64,000 nucleotides of DNA from the NCBI RefSeq assembly GCF_009914755.1, contig NC_060948.1; one strand, written 5' to 3'. This DNA comes from the human T2T-CHM13v2.0 reference genome, Homo sapiens. Shown in pieces: positions 16,460 to 33,279 of this stretch (within the stretch, counting starts at the first letter, position 1; each line of letters begins with the position of its first letter). The position numbers and the translations under genes were made by a program. A model generated the notes under the pieces. It was given only the letters and a program-made list of their open reading frames with translations. It made no database searches and was not told where the DNA came from.

Positions 16460-17550
16460 TTTTATCTTACTTTAAGTTCTAGGATACATGTGCAGAACAT
16501 GCAGGTTTGTTACATAGGTATACATGTGCCATGGTGGTTTGCTCACCTATCAACCTGTCTTCTATGTTTTAAGCCCCACGTGCATCAGGTATTTGTTCTA
16601 ATGCTCTTACTCTGCTTGCTGCCCACCTCCCAACAGGCCCTAGTGTGTGATGTTCCTCTCCCAACATCCAGGTGTTCTCACTGTTCAACTCCCACTTATG
16701 AGTGAGAACATGTGGTGTTTGGTTTTCTGTTTCTGTGTTAGTTTGCTGAGAATGATAGCTTCCAGCTTCATCTATGTCCCTACGAAGGACATGATCTTGT
16801 GTCTGGAATTTATTTCTTCTGGTGGGTTCTTGGTCTCACTGACTTCAAGAATGAAGCCGTGGACCCTCCCGGTGAGTGCTACAGTTCTTAAAGATGGTGT
16901 GTCCATAGTTTGTTCCTTCAGATGTTCAGATGTGTCTGGATTTTCTTCCTTCTGGAGGGTTTGTGGTCTTTCTGACTTCAGGAGTGAAGCTGCAGACCTT
17001 CACAATAAGTGTTACAGCTCTTAAAGGTGGTGCGTATGGAGTTGTGTGTTCCTCCGGGGTGGGTTTGTGGTCTCGCTGACTTCAGGAATGAAGCCGCAGA
17101 CCCTTTTGGTGAGTGTTATAGCTCATAAAGGTGGCACGGACCCAAAGAGTGAGCAGCAGCAAGATTTGTTGTGAAGAACAAAAGAATAAGCTTCAACGGT
17201 GTGGAAGGGCACCCGAGCAGGTTGTGGCTGTTAGCTCAGGTGGCCAGCTTTTATTCCCTTATTTGGCCCCGCCCACATCCTGCTTATTGGTCCATTTACA
17301 GAGTGCTGACTGGTGTGTTTACAATCCTTTAGCTAGACACAGAACGCTGATTGGTGTGTTTTTACAGAGTCCTGATTGGTGCATTTACAAGCCTTTAGCT
17401 AGACATAGAGTGCTGATTGGTGCATTTTTACACAGTGTTGATTGGTGCATTTCCATTCCTTTAGCTAGACAGAAAAGTTCTCCAAGTCCCCAGTCGACCC
17501 AGGAAGTCCAGCTCACTTCACCTCTCAATCTCATTATTTTTATGGCTGCA
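16460..17550 (-). mobile_element. Older L1PA 3' UTR fragment, split by LTR12
   Basis: ttttaagttctaggatacatgtgcagaac L1 3' terminus. Confidence 0.85.
16798..17527 (-). mobile_element. LTR12 (ERV9) solo LTR, short type, inserted into an L1 3' UTR
   Basis: ATCT TSD (16794-16797 / 17528-17531), ATTGG repeats; the host L1 sequence resumes after the TSD. Confidence 0.9.
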
Positions 17551-17658
17551 ACTGTATTAAATTTCTACAATACCATTTGGATATTGTATATTTACTTGAG
17601 TCAGTTTTGGTAAAATATACTGTTCCATAAATATGTTCATTATATCTGAAGTTTTTAA

Positions 17659-18540
<882 letters not shown>

Positions 18541-19677
18541 ATAAATACATAAAATTAACTAATAAATGAAATAATAAAATAGTAATATAATAAAATAATT
18601 AAATATAATTAAACTAATTTTATTTAAATGAATATTTAAAAGAAGCAATTAAATGCTTAAATGCTTTTCAACACTTAAAAGAGGCGATTCTACTAAAATT
18701 AATTTCACTAAAATTAAAAAGATTTCTAACTTCAGCTACTTCCATCTTCTCTCATTTTCTTCTCTAATTTGTGAATTCTACTGGTTTTCACTTATTTCCT
18801 TCTACTGTTCTGTGTAATTCTGCTGTTCCTTTTCTAACTTCTTGAGTGGGACGCTTAGCATACTTTTCTGTGCCATTTCTTCTCCTTTAGGATAAGCGTG
18901 TTACTGAAGTTTTCAAGTACCTCTAGTGACGCATCCGCTGCATCCCACGGCTTCTGAGCTGCGCATTTGAGTTCCAAGGAGTCACGAAGGCAGCTTGAAA
19001 ACGTTTTCTTGGGAAATGGAAACTGTCTGTGTCAATACAATGGGCGCTGGGCAGAAAAGAGAAAACTTCTCCATGTGGGAAAGCTACTCTGTTCTCCTCC
19101 ATTCTCTGCAGTGAATTTGGAAAGAACTGACATTTTGTCTACTTTTAGGAAAGTATCCATGCACTGGAGAGCTGGAAGCAAGAGCGAGATGTCCCCAGAT
19201 CCTAAACAGGGAATCCAGCCATTTGCTGAAGACAAAAACAGGCCCGCGGAAGTGAGTCCCTTTGACCTTGTACTCAAAGTATCTCCAACCACATGGGTAA
19301 AAGACCAAACATGGCACAAACAATCCCATGTGGGAAGACCGCTCCAAGGGGCAGAAGTCACCAGGCCTGAATTTTTGAACGCGGTTTATTCTCTGACTGT
19401 TCCCCCTGCATCCCAGGCTCTTCTGCGCAGAGGACGGGGTGCATGGCCTGTGCTGGCTTGGAGGAGGAGGGGGCTGGGGCAGAGAGCCCTGGGGAAGGGC
19501 TATAGGCAGAGAACCCCAGCTCAAAGGTGGTAGGTACCCAGGTCTGCTCTCCCCGAGGGAGAGGAGTGGGAGGGTCTTGCCAGCCTGAGAAAACACTGGC
19601 TTTGTCTTTTTGGCAGAACAAAGACTTCTTTCAGAGAAGACTGACTGATTGGCCTAATTCCTTCTCATCTGTGTGTG

Positions 19678-19860
19678 CAGCTGGCCCTCAATATCCTCAT
19701 GGAGTTGGTTCTCGGACTTCCACTGATATCAAAATCCAAGGATGCTCAAGCCCCTTGTAGCAAACGATGCAGTATTTGCATATCACCCAGGCATATCTTC
19801 CCATACACTTTAAGCCATCTCTACTTATAATACCTAATACAGTGTAACTGTTTTGTCAAT
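19678..19860 (+). mobile_element. MER2-like (TcMar-Tigger) DNA transposon fragment
   Basis: cagctggccctc...gatatcaaaatccaaggatgctcaagcccct. Confidence 0.7.
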
Positions 19861-20106
19861 TTTTTTTTAACTCCACCAAATATTCTAGTTAATTTTTTTT
19901 TATTATACTTTAAGTTTTAGGGTACATGTGCACATTGTGCAAGTTAGTTACATATGTATACATGTGCCATGCTGGTGCGCTGCACCCACTAACTGGTCAT
20001 CTAGCATTAGGTATATAACCCAATGCTATCCCTCCCCCCTCTCCCAACACCACCACAGTCCCCAGAGTGTGATATTCCCCTTCCTGTGTCCATGTGATCT
20101 CATTGT

Positions 20107-23921
<3,815 letters not shown>

Positions 23922-23984
23922 TATGATGTTAGCTGGTGATTTTGCTTGTTAGTTGATGCAATTTCTTCCTAGTCTCCATGGTCT

Positions 23985-25002
23985 TTACATTTTGGCATGA
24001 TTTTGCAGCACCTGGTACTGGTTGTTCCTTTCCATGTTTAGCGCTTCCTTCAGGAGCTCTTTTAGGGCAGGCCTGGTGGTGACAAAATCTCTCAGCATTT
24101 GCTTGTCTGTAAAGTATTTTATTTCTCCTTCACTTATGAAGCTTAGTTTGGCTGGATATGAAATTCTGGGTTGAAAATTCTTTTCTTTAAGAATGTTGAA
24201 TATTGGCCCCCACTCTCTTCTGGCTTGTAGGGTTTCTGCCGAGAGATCCGCTGTTAGTCTGATGGGCTTCCCTTTGTGGGTAACCCGACCTTTCTCTCTG
24301 GCTGCCCTTAACATTTTTTCCTTCATTTCAACCTTGGTGACTCTGACAATTATGTGTCTTGGAGTTGCTCTTCTCGAGGAGTATCTTTGTGGCGTTCTCT
24401 GTATTTCCTGAATCTGAAAGTTGGCCTGCCTTGCTAGATTGGGGAAGTTCTCCTGGATAATATCCTGCAGAGTGTTTTCCAACTTGGTTCCATTCTCCCC
24501 ATCACTTTCAGGTACACCAATCAGATGTAGATTTGGTCTTTTCACATAGTCCCATATTTCTTGGAGGCTTTGCTCATTTCTTTTCATTCTTTTTTCTCTA
24601 AACTTCCCTTCTCGCTTCATTTCATTCATTTCATCTTCCATTGCTGATACCCTTTCTTCCAGTTGATCGCATCGGCTCCTGAGGCTTCTGCATTCTTCAC
24701 GTAGTTCTCGAGCCTTGGTTTTCAGCTCCATCAGCTCCTTTAAGCACTTCTCTGTATTGGTTATTCTAGTTATACATTCTTCTAAATTTTTTTCAAAGTT
24801 TTCAACTTCTTTGCCTTTGGTTTGAATGTCCTCCCGTAGCTCAGAGTAATTTGATCGTCTGAAGCCTTCTTCTCTCAGCTCGTCAAAGTCATTCTCCATC
24901 CAGCTTTGTTCCGTTGCTGGTGAGGAACTGCGTTCCTTTGGAGGAGGAGAGGCGCTCTGCGTTTTAGAGTTTCCAGTTTTTCTGTTCTGTTTTTTTCCCC
25001 AT
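23985..25002 (-). pseudogene. L1 ORF1p, +1 frameshift just after the ATG
   Basis: 304-aa open ORF1 segment (23985-24899). ATG at 25002 gives a span of 1018 nt versus 1017 expected; the A run after ATGGGG is 7 long rather than 6. Confidence 0.9.
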
Positions 25003-25850
25003 CTTTGTGGTTTTATTTTCTTTTGGTCTTTGATGATGGTGATGTACAGATGGGTTTTTGGTGTGGATGTCCTTTCTGTTTGTTAGTTTTCCTTCTAACA
25101 GACAGGACCCTCAGTTGCAGGTCTGTTGGAATACCTTGCCGTGAGAGGTGTCAGTGTGCCCCTGCTGGGGGGTGCCTCCCAGTTAGGCTGCTCGGGGGTC
25201 AGGGGTCAGGGACCCACTTGAGGAGGCAGTCTGCCCGTTCTCAGATCTCCAGCTGCATACTGGGAGAACCACTGCTCTCTTCAAAGGTGTCAGACAGGGA
25301 CATTTAAGTCTGCAGAGGTTACTGCTGTCTTTTTGCTTGTCTGTGCCCTGCCCCCAGAGGTGGAGCCTACAGAGGCCTGCAGGCCTCCTTGAGCTGTGGT
25401 GGGCTCCACCCAGTTCGAGCTTCCTGGCTGCTTTGTTTACCTAAGCAAGCCTGGGCAATGGCGGGCGCCCCTCCCCCAGCCTCGCTGCCGCCTTGCAGTT
25501 TGATCTCAGACTGCTGTGCTAGCAATCAGTGAGACTCCGTGGGCGTAGGACCCTCTGAGCCAGGTGTGGGTTATAATCTTGTGGTGCGCCGTTTTTTAAG
25601 CCCATCGGAAAAGCGCAGTATTTGGGTGGGAGTGACCCAATTTTCCAGGTGCCGTCCGTCACCCCTTTCTTTGACTAGGAAAGGGAACTCCCTGACCCCT
25701 TGCGCTTCCCAAGTGAGGCAATGCCTCGTCCTGCTTTGGCTGGTGCACGGTGTGCGCACCGGCTGACCTGCGCCCACTGTCTGGCACTCCCTAGTGAGAT
25801 GAACCCGGTACCTCAGATGGAAATGCAGAAATCACCCATCTTCTGCATTG

Positions 25851-27507
25851 TTTATTTAGAGACAGGGTCTCACTGTCACACAGGCTGGAGTGCAGAGACA
25901 CCATCATAGCTCACTGCAGCCTCCAACTCCTGGACTCAAATGATCCTCCCCACTCAGCCTCCTGAGTAGCTGGGACTACAGCCACACATCACTACTTCTG
26001 GCTAATTTTTTAAAATTTAATTTTTGTACAGACAGGGTCTCACTATGTTCTCATGCCTCAGCCTCCCAAGAATCTGGGATTGCAGGTGTGTGCCACCATG
26101 CCTGGCTAAATTTTTTTCTGTGTGTGTATTTTTAGTAGAGACGGAGTTTTGCTATGTTGGCCAGGCTGGCCTCGAACTCATGACCTCAAGTGATCTGCCC
26201 ACCCCGGCCTCCCAAAGAGCTGGGATTACAGGCATGAGCCACCCCACCTGGCCAAGCTTCAGGATTTTAAAGAATGGCATCACGGATTTCCACTGCCCCT
26301 TGACATAGCCCTATATTCACTTCTCATCCTCAACTCTCCAGCCCTCCGCTCTGTGAAGGCCAATCCTGGTGGTCTGCTGGGACTGAAGACTTTTCCCATC
26401 ACGTGGCCGAGATGACCTAGAATGTAAAATTGCCAAACGTGCCCACAACCATCTCCATGGGATCTGCAGCTTGCCTGATAGCTGGCCTCCAGCAACTCCA
26501 TGGAGGACCTGGGACTCCAGTTCCCACTAATATTCTGAATCTCTGCTGTATGCAGTGGTGCACGCCTATAATCCTCGCACTTTGGGAGGCTGAGGCAGGG
26601 GGATTCCTTGAGCGCAGGTATTCGAGGCTGCAGTGATCTGTGATCGCATCACTGCACTCCAGCCTGGGAGACCCTATTTCAAAAAAAAAAAAAAAAATCT
26701 GAGTCTGACTCTTGTGTGGAAAATGAACTCTGATCATCCTTTGACTTTTTAACTTCCTTCATCTTGTGAGTAGTTGTCTCTGCAACTGTCTTCCTTAATA
26801 TCTGTCCTTAGCATCACTCACAAAGACACCCGCAAATGCCCTCTCTCCTTTCTACACCTCTAACTTTCACAAGTAGTTCCACCTGGAGGAAGCCCCATCT
26901 CCAGTTCTACAAATGATTCAAACTCTCTGCCTTTTGTGCAAATGAGCTGTATGCATTTCCCATGGCTGCCTTCACCAAGTATCATAGACTAGGTGAGCTC
27001 CACCTCAGAAACTTACTGTTCTTACAGTTCTGAGGCCAGAATAAGTCTGAGATCAAAGTGTCGGTGGGGTTGGTTCCTTCTGAAGGTTTGGCCCAGCACA
27101 GTAAGACCAAATATCTACTCCAAGGTTTGCAGCATAAGAAAGGAGGGCATGAATTTGTAGGGTGCCAAGCAAGGAGAATCATGCAGCTCACACTTAAGAC
27201 CTGACCTCCTAGCTTGGCAAGGCAGCTCATGTCTATAATTCCAGCATTTGGAAGGCCAAGGTGGGTGGATCACTTGAGCCCAGGAGTTTAAGACTAGCCT
27301 GGGCAACATACTAAGACCCTATCTCTACAAATCATTAAAAAATTAGCCGAGCATGATGGTACACTCCTGTAGTACCAGGTCCTCAGTAGAGTGAAGCAGG
27401 AGGATCACTTGAGCCTGGGAGGTCAAGGCTGTGGTGAGCCGTGATGGTGCCACTGCACTCCAGCCTGGGCAACACAGCAAGACTCTGTCTCAAAAAAAAA
27501 AAAAAAA
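25851..27507. mobile_element. Alu cluster: - 25851-26253, + 26545-26697, + 27212-27507
   Basis: Alu consensus similarity. Confidence 0.82.
26940..27210 (-). mobile_element. MLT1-type LTR fragment
   Basis: ttcttacagttctgaggccag...gagatcaaagtgtcgg. Confidence 0.5.
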
Positions 27508-27509
27508 CC

Positions 27510-27910
27510 CACTCTCCCCAGTGGATTACAGGTGAGGGTTTTTCAAGGTGGGAGCCAAAGGTTACAGGCAAAGTCATAAAGTAATTCATGAAGATTATAG
27601 AGTGGTTTGACCTAAAAAGGCAGAACATCTTGAAGCAAAGGGGACCCGCAGGACACAGGTAGATGCAAAGATCTCTGACTTGTGATAGGTTAAGGAAGGG
27701 AAATTTTGTTTAAAAGCTTGGAGTCAGCAGAAAAAACTATTAGCTCTGGTCTGTGGGCATAACTTCCTCCAGGTCCCTCAGGAAAGAATTTAGGACAAAG
27801 TACATTGGTAAGAGTTCAGTCCTCAGTTCCCCTTACCTGACAGCTATGCCAGCAGATCCGTTTGCTGGGGTCTGGGTTTCTAGAAAACAACTTGGGGAGG
27901 TATGCTAAAA
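27510..27910 (-). mobile_element. ERV1/MER-class LTR fragment, probably continuing at 28760-28815 and 29125-29357
   Basis: LTR-like motifs recalled from MER4-group LTRs; subfamily not assignable. Confidence 0.4.
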
Positions 27911-27994
27911 TTCCTTCCTTCCTTCCCTCCCTCCCTCACTCCCTGCTTCCTTCCTTCCTTCTTTCCTTCCCTCCTTCCCTTTCTCTCTTTCTCT

Positions 27995-29120
<1,126 letters not shown>

Positions 29121-29682
29121 GCCTGGCTATTGTTTTAAGTTACTTTTACCGTTTTACTTACCAAGTTGCTCATTGATTTCTCATGGCTAGCTAGGTGCCT
29201 TTTCTTTGAAGGCACTCAAGACACTTTTAAGAGACAGAAAAATGGAATTTATTGGGCAAAAAGGGAAACTTTTCTTTGACGGAACTCAAGATTTTTCTTT
29301 ATTTCCATGCTTTACGGGTCTCAGGTCCCTACAGAGGAAGTGCCTTCTCTGTCTCAGTGTTAGAGGCATTTGAACCAGAGCAACTCCATCTTGAGTAGCC
29401 ACTGGGTAAAATAAGGCTGAGACCTACTGGGTGGCATTCCCAGGAGGTTAGGCATTCTTAGTCAAAGGATGAGACAGGAGGCCGGCACAAGATACAGGTT
29501 ATAAAGACCTTGTGGATAAAACGGCATGCGGTAAAGAAGCCGGCCAAATCCCACCGAAACCAAGATGGTGACAAGAGTGACCTCTGGTCATCCTCATGGC
29601 TCATTATACGCTAATAATAATACATTAGCACACTAAAAGACACTCCCACCAGCAGCACGACAGTTGACAAATGCCATGGCAA

Positions 29683-29997
29683 TGAGACAGTCAAGTATGA
29701 GAAACTCCGACCACTGTGCGGGCACTGGGAAAATGGGCTGGAGCCACGGAGTTCACACCCTTTGCAGCGGGGAGGAGCCTGGCCTCTTCTGTTTCAGGTG
29801 GAATCCGGGATTCAATCTGTGAGGGGCAGACCAGCTAGCAGGGACTCTCGCTTTGCTGAGGGTCCCCGTTTCTCTTTTTTTTCCTTTTTGCCCAATAAAT
29901 TCCATTTTTCTCACTCTTCAAAATGTCTGCGAGCCTAATCATGGCCATGTGGCAAGAACCTGGCTTTTATCTGAACTAAGGAGAAAGTCCTGCAACA
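29683..29997 (+). mobile_element. Short ERV1 solo LTR (MER61-like) nested in MER41B
   Basis: TG...CA ends, GCAA TSD (29679-29682 / 29998-30001). Confidence 0.7.
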
Positions 29998-30132
29998 GCA
30001 ATACCTGGAAGTTACCTTATATGGTCTAAAAAGGGGAGGAACCCTCAGTTCTGAGAATTGCCCATCCCTTTCCTGGAAATCTCATGGATAATCCACCCCT
30101 TGTTTAGCATATAATCAAGAAATAACTATAAG

Positions 30133-30597
<465 letters not shown>

Positions 30598-30794
30598 AAG
30601 AAATAACTATAAGTATACTCGGTCAAGCAGCCCACACCACTGCTCTGTCTATGAAGTAGCCATTCTTTATTCTTTTACTTTATTAATAAACTTGATTTCA
30701 CTTTACTCTGTGGATTTGCCCAGAATTATTTCTTGTGCAAGATCCAAAAACCCTTTCTTGGGTTTTGGATCAGTACCCCTTTCTGGTAACAACA

Positions 30795-30910
30795 GGCTCC
30801 AGGACAGAATGTATTCTATGCCTCTCTCTGAGCCTCTGGTGGTTGCTGGAGAGCCTTGGAGTTACTTGTAGCTGTGTCACTGCAATTTCTGCCTACATCA
30901 CATGGTGTTC

Positions 30911-30956
<46 letters not shown>

Positions 30957-31085
30957 TGGGTCCAATTTTCCTCTTTTTATAAAAATACCAGTCATTTTGA
31001 ATTATAGCCTACCATCATGCCTCACTCACCTTAACTAATTACGGCTTCTGTGTCTCTTACCAAATAAGATCACATTCTCACATCC
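30795..31085 (-). mobile_element. MLT1 fragment containing (TG)n at 30914-30955
   Basis: MLT1-like motifs; resumes after the MER41 at ~31696. Confidence 0.55.
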
Positions 31086-31089
31086 TAGC

Positions 31090-31695
31090 AGCAAGGGTCT
31101 TTGAACCAGAGCAACTCCATCTTGAATAAGGGCTGGGTAAAATAAGGCTGAAGCCTACAGGGCTGCATTCCCAGGAGGTTAGGCATTCTAAGACACAGGA
31201 TGAAATCGGAGGTCAGCAAAAGACATGGGTCATAAAGAACCTTGCTGACAAAATAAGTTGCAGTAAGTAAGCCAAAACCCACCAAAACCAAGATGGCCAT
31301 GAAAGTGACCTCTAGTAGTCCTCTGTGGTACACTCTCACCAGTGTCATGACAGTTTACAAATGCCATGGCAATGGCCCTAACCCTAACCCTAACCCTAGC
31401 CCTAATCCTAATCCTAAACTGAAAAAGCGAGGAACCTCAGTTCCCAGAATTGCCCAGTCCTTTTCTGGAAAACCCATGAATCATCCACCCCTTGTTTAGC
31501 ATATAGTCAAGAAATAACAATAAAAATGGGCAACCAGCAGCCCATGCTGCTGCTCTGTCTATGGAGTAGCCATTCTTTTATTTCTTTACTTTGTTGATAA
31601 ACTTGCTTTCACTTTATGGACTCACCCCGAATTTTTTCTTGTACAAGATCCAAGAGCATGCTCTTGGCATCTGGATCTGGACCCCTTTCTGGTAA
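31090..31695 (+). mobile_element. Second MER41-family LTR, inserted in an MLT1 fragment
   Basis: Homologous to 29358-30791; one canonical GAS motif TTCCCAGAA at 31441-31449. Confidence 0.85.
31376..31417 (+). repeat. Interstitial telomere-like repeat (CCCTAA)n
   Basis: CCCTAA x3, CCCTAG, CCCTAA, TCCTAA x2. Confidence 0.85.
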
Positions 31696-31999
31696 TCCTA
31701 GGAATTACAACTTTAACATATGCATTTGCGGGAGCAGGACAGGATTCAGCTGGTAACACGAGCTTAATATATACAGCCTTGACACTCAAACAAAGACAGT
31801 GTTGGGGACTCATAACAAAGCACGTTTCAGGAACCCTTTCCATGGTAAAAGCGTTCCAAACTGAAACCCAAAGCAACTGCATGGATAGACCTAATTTGGC
31901 AGGCTTTACTCTTGCTGCAAAATAGAATCACCCGGGGAGCTCAATAAGAAGATAAAGACTAAACTCTGGGTTAAATTAATAAGAGATATCAGTTCCATC

Positions 32000-32640
32000 T
32001 TTGTTTTTGAGACAGAGTCTCGCTCTTTTGCCAGGCTGGAGTACAGTGGCAGTATCTCAGTTCACTGCAATCTGTACCTCCTGGATTCAAGCGATTTCTC
32101 ATGCCTCAGCCTTCCAAGGAGGTGGTATTACAGATGTGCACCACCACACCCAGCTAATTTTTGTAGTTTAAGTAGAGACGGGTTTTTGGCATGCTGGCCA
32201 GACTGGTCTCGAACATCTGACCTAAAGTCATCTGCTCTCCTTGGCCTTCCAAAGTGGTGGGAATACAGGCATAAGCCACCATGCCCTCCATTTGATTTTA
32301 TTAAATCAAAGAAGGGCTATTCATTGTGTCTGCTAATTCCATATTTATACCACTTGCCTCATTTACTCTTGTCTTAGGGCCAGGTGGAGTAACTCATGCC
32401 TATAATCTTAACACTTGTGGTGGGAGAATTGCTTGAGCCCGAGAATTCAAATCCAGCCTGGGCAACACAGCGAGATTCCAATCCTAAAAAAAAAATTTGT
32501 TTTTAACTAGCCAGGTGCAGTAGTGAGTGCCGGTAGTCCTAGTTACTTAGGAGGCTGAGCCCTGGCAGTTAAGGCTGAGCCATGATCAGCACCACTTTAC
32601 TCCAGCCTGGGCAACAGAGTGAGACCTTATCTCTTAAAAA
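32000..32640. mobile_element. Alu (-, 32000-32288) and AluJ (+, 32378-32640)
   Basis: Alu consensus similarity. Confidence 0.82.
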
Positions 32641-33279
32641 ACAAATGTTAAATTACTCTTGTTTTAATAAAAGTTGACTTATGTAGTACAGATGCTAATT
32701 ATACATTGTTTCAACATTTTGAGTTATTTTATTAACATTATCCACATAATAACCACAATCAGTTTTGAATGTGTAAGCCTTATTTTTTTCTTTTCAAACT
32801 ATGCTTACATGGGATATTAATTTAATGCAGATAGCAATGTTGTTTTATTCATAGCATTTGGGGATGCTTCTCAATTGGCTTTATGTCAGTATGTTGAAAG
32901 AATTTTCAGATCAATAAAAATCAGATGAGTTAGAGAGGTCCTAAATTCTTCGAACAGCATCTCTCCAAGATAAGAAATGGCATGAGTAATAATAGTAAGA
33001 GCCACTGATGTTCACTGAACCTCAGCACCCAGCTGGGTGGAACTGGACAAACTACTCACAATCAGGTCTGGTTGTTCTGACAAGATCAGAGGCCCACGCA
33101 GTGAACATTGTTTCTCTTCTCACTGCGATATTCCTTGCTCAGTTAAAGCACATGCAAGCGCACACTCATGAAAGAATATTGATGTGACACTAAATGCTAA
33201 GGGGTGAATCAGCTCAAATATCTTTATACATTAAGCAAAACAATTCAGCAGCATGGTCTACATTTTTTTTTAAATCTAT

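Noticed and set aside
18967-19596. 188-aa (+) and 170-aa (-) ORFs in unique sequence
   Set aside because: Non-ATG starts, no recognisable homology and no convincing exon structure.
32650-33279. Possible continuation of a processed pseudogene beyond the LTR6
   Set aside because: The CTAT TSD shows the GC-rich block belongs to the LTR12; the flank has many stops in the frames read.
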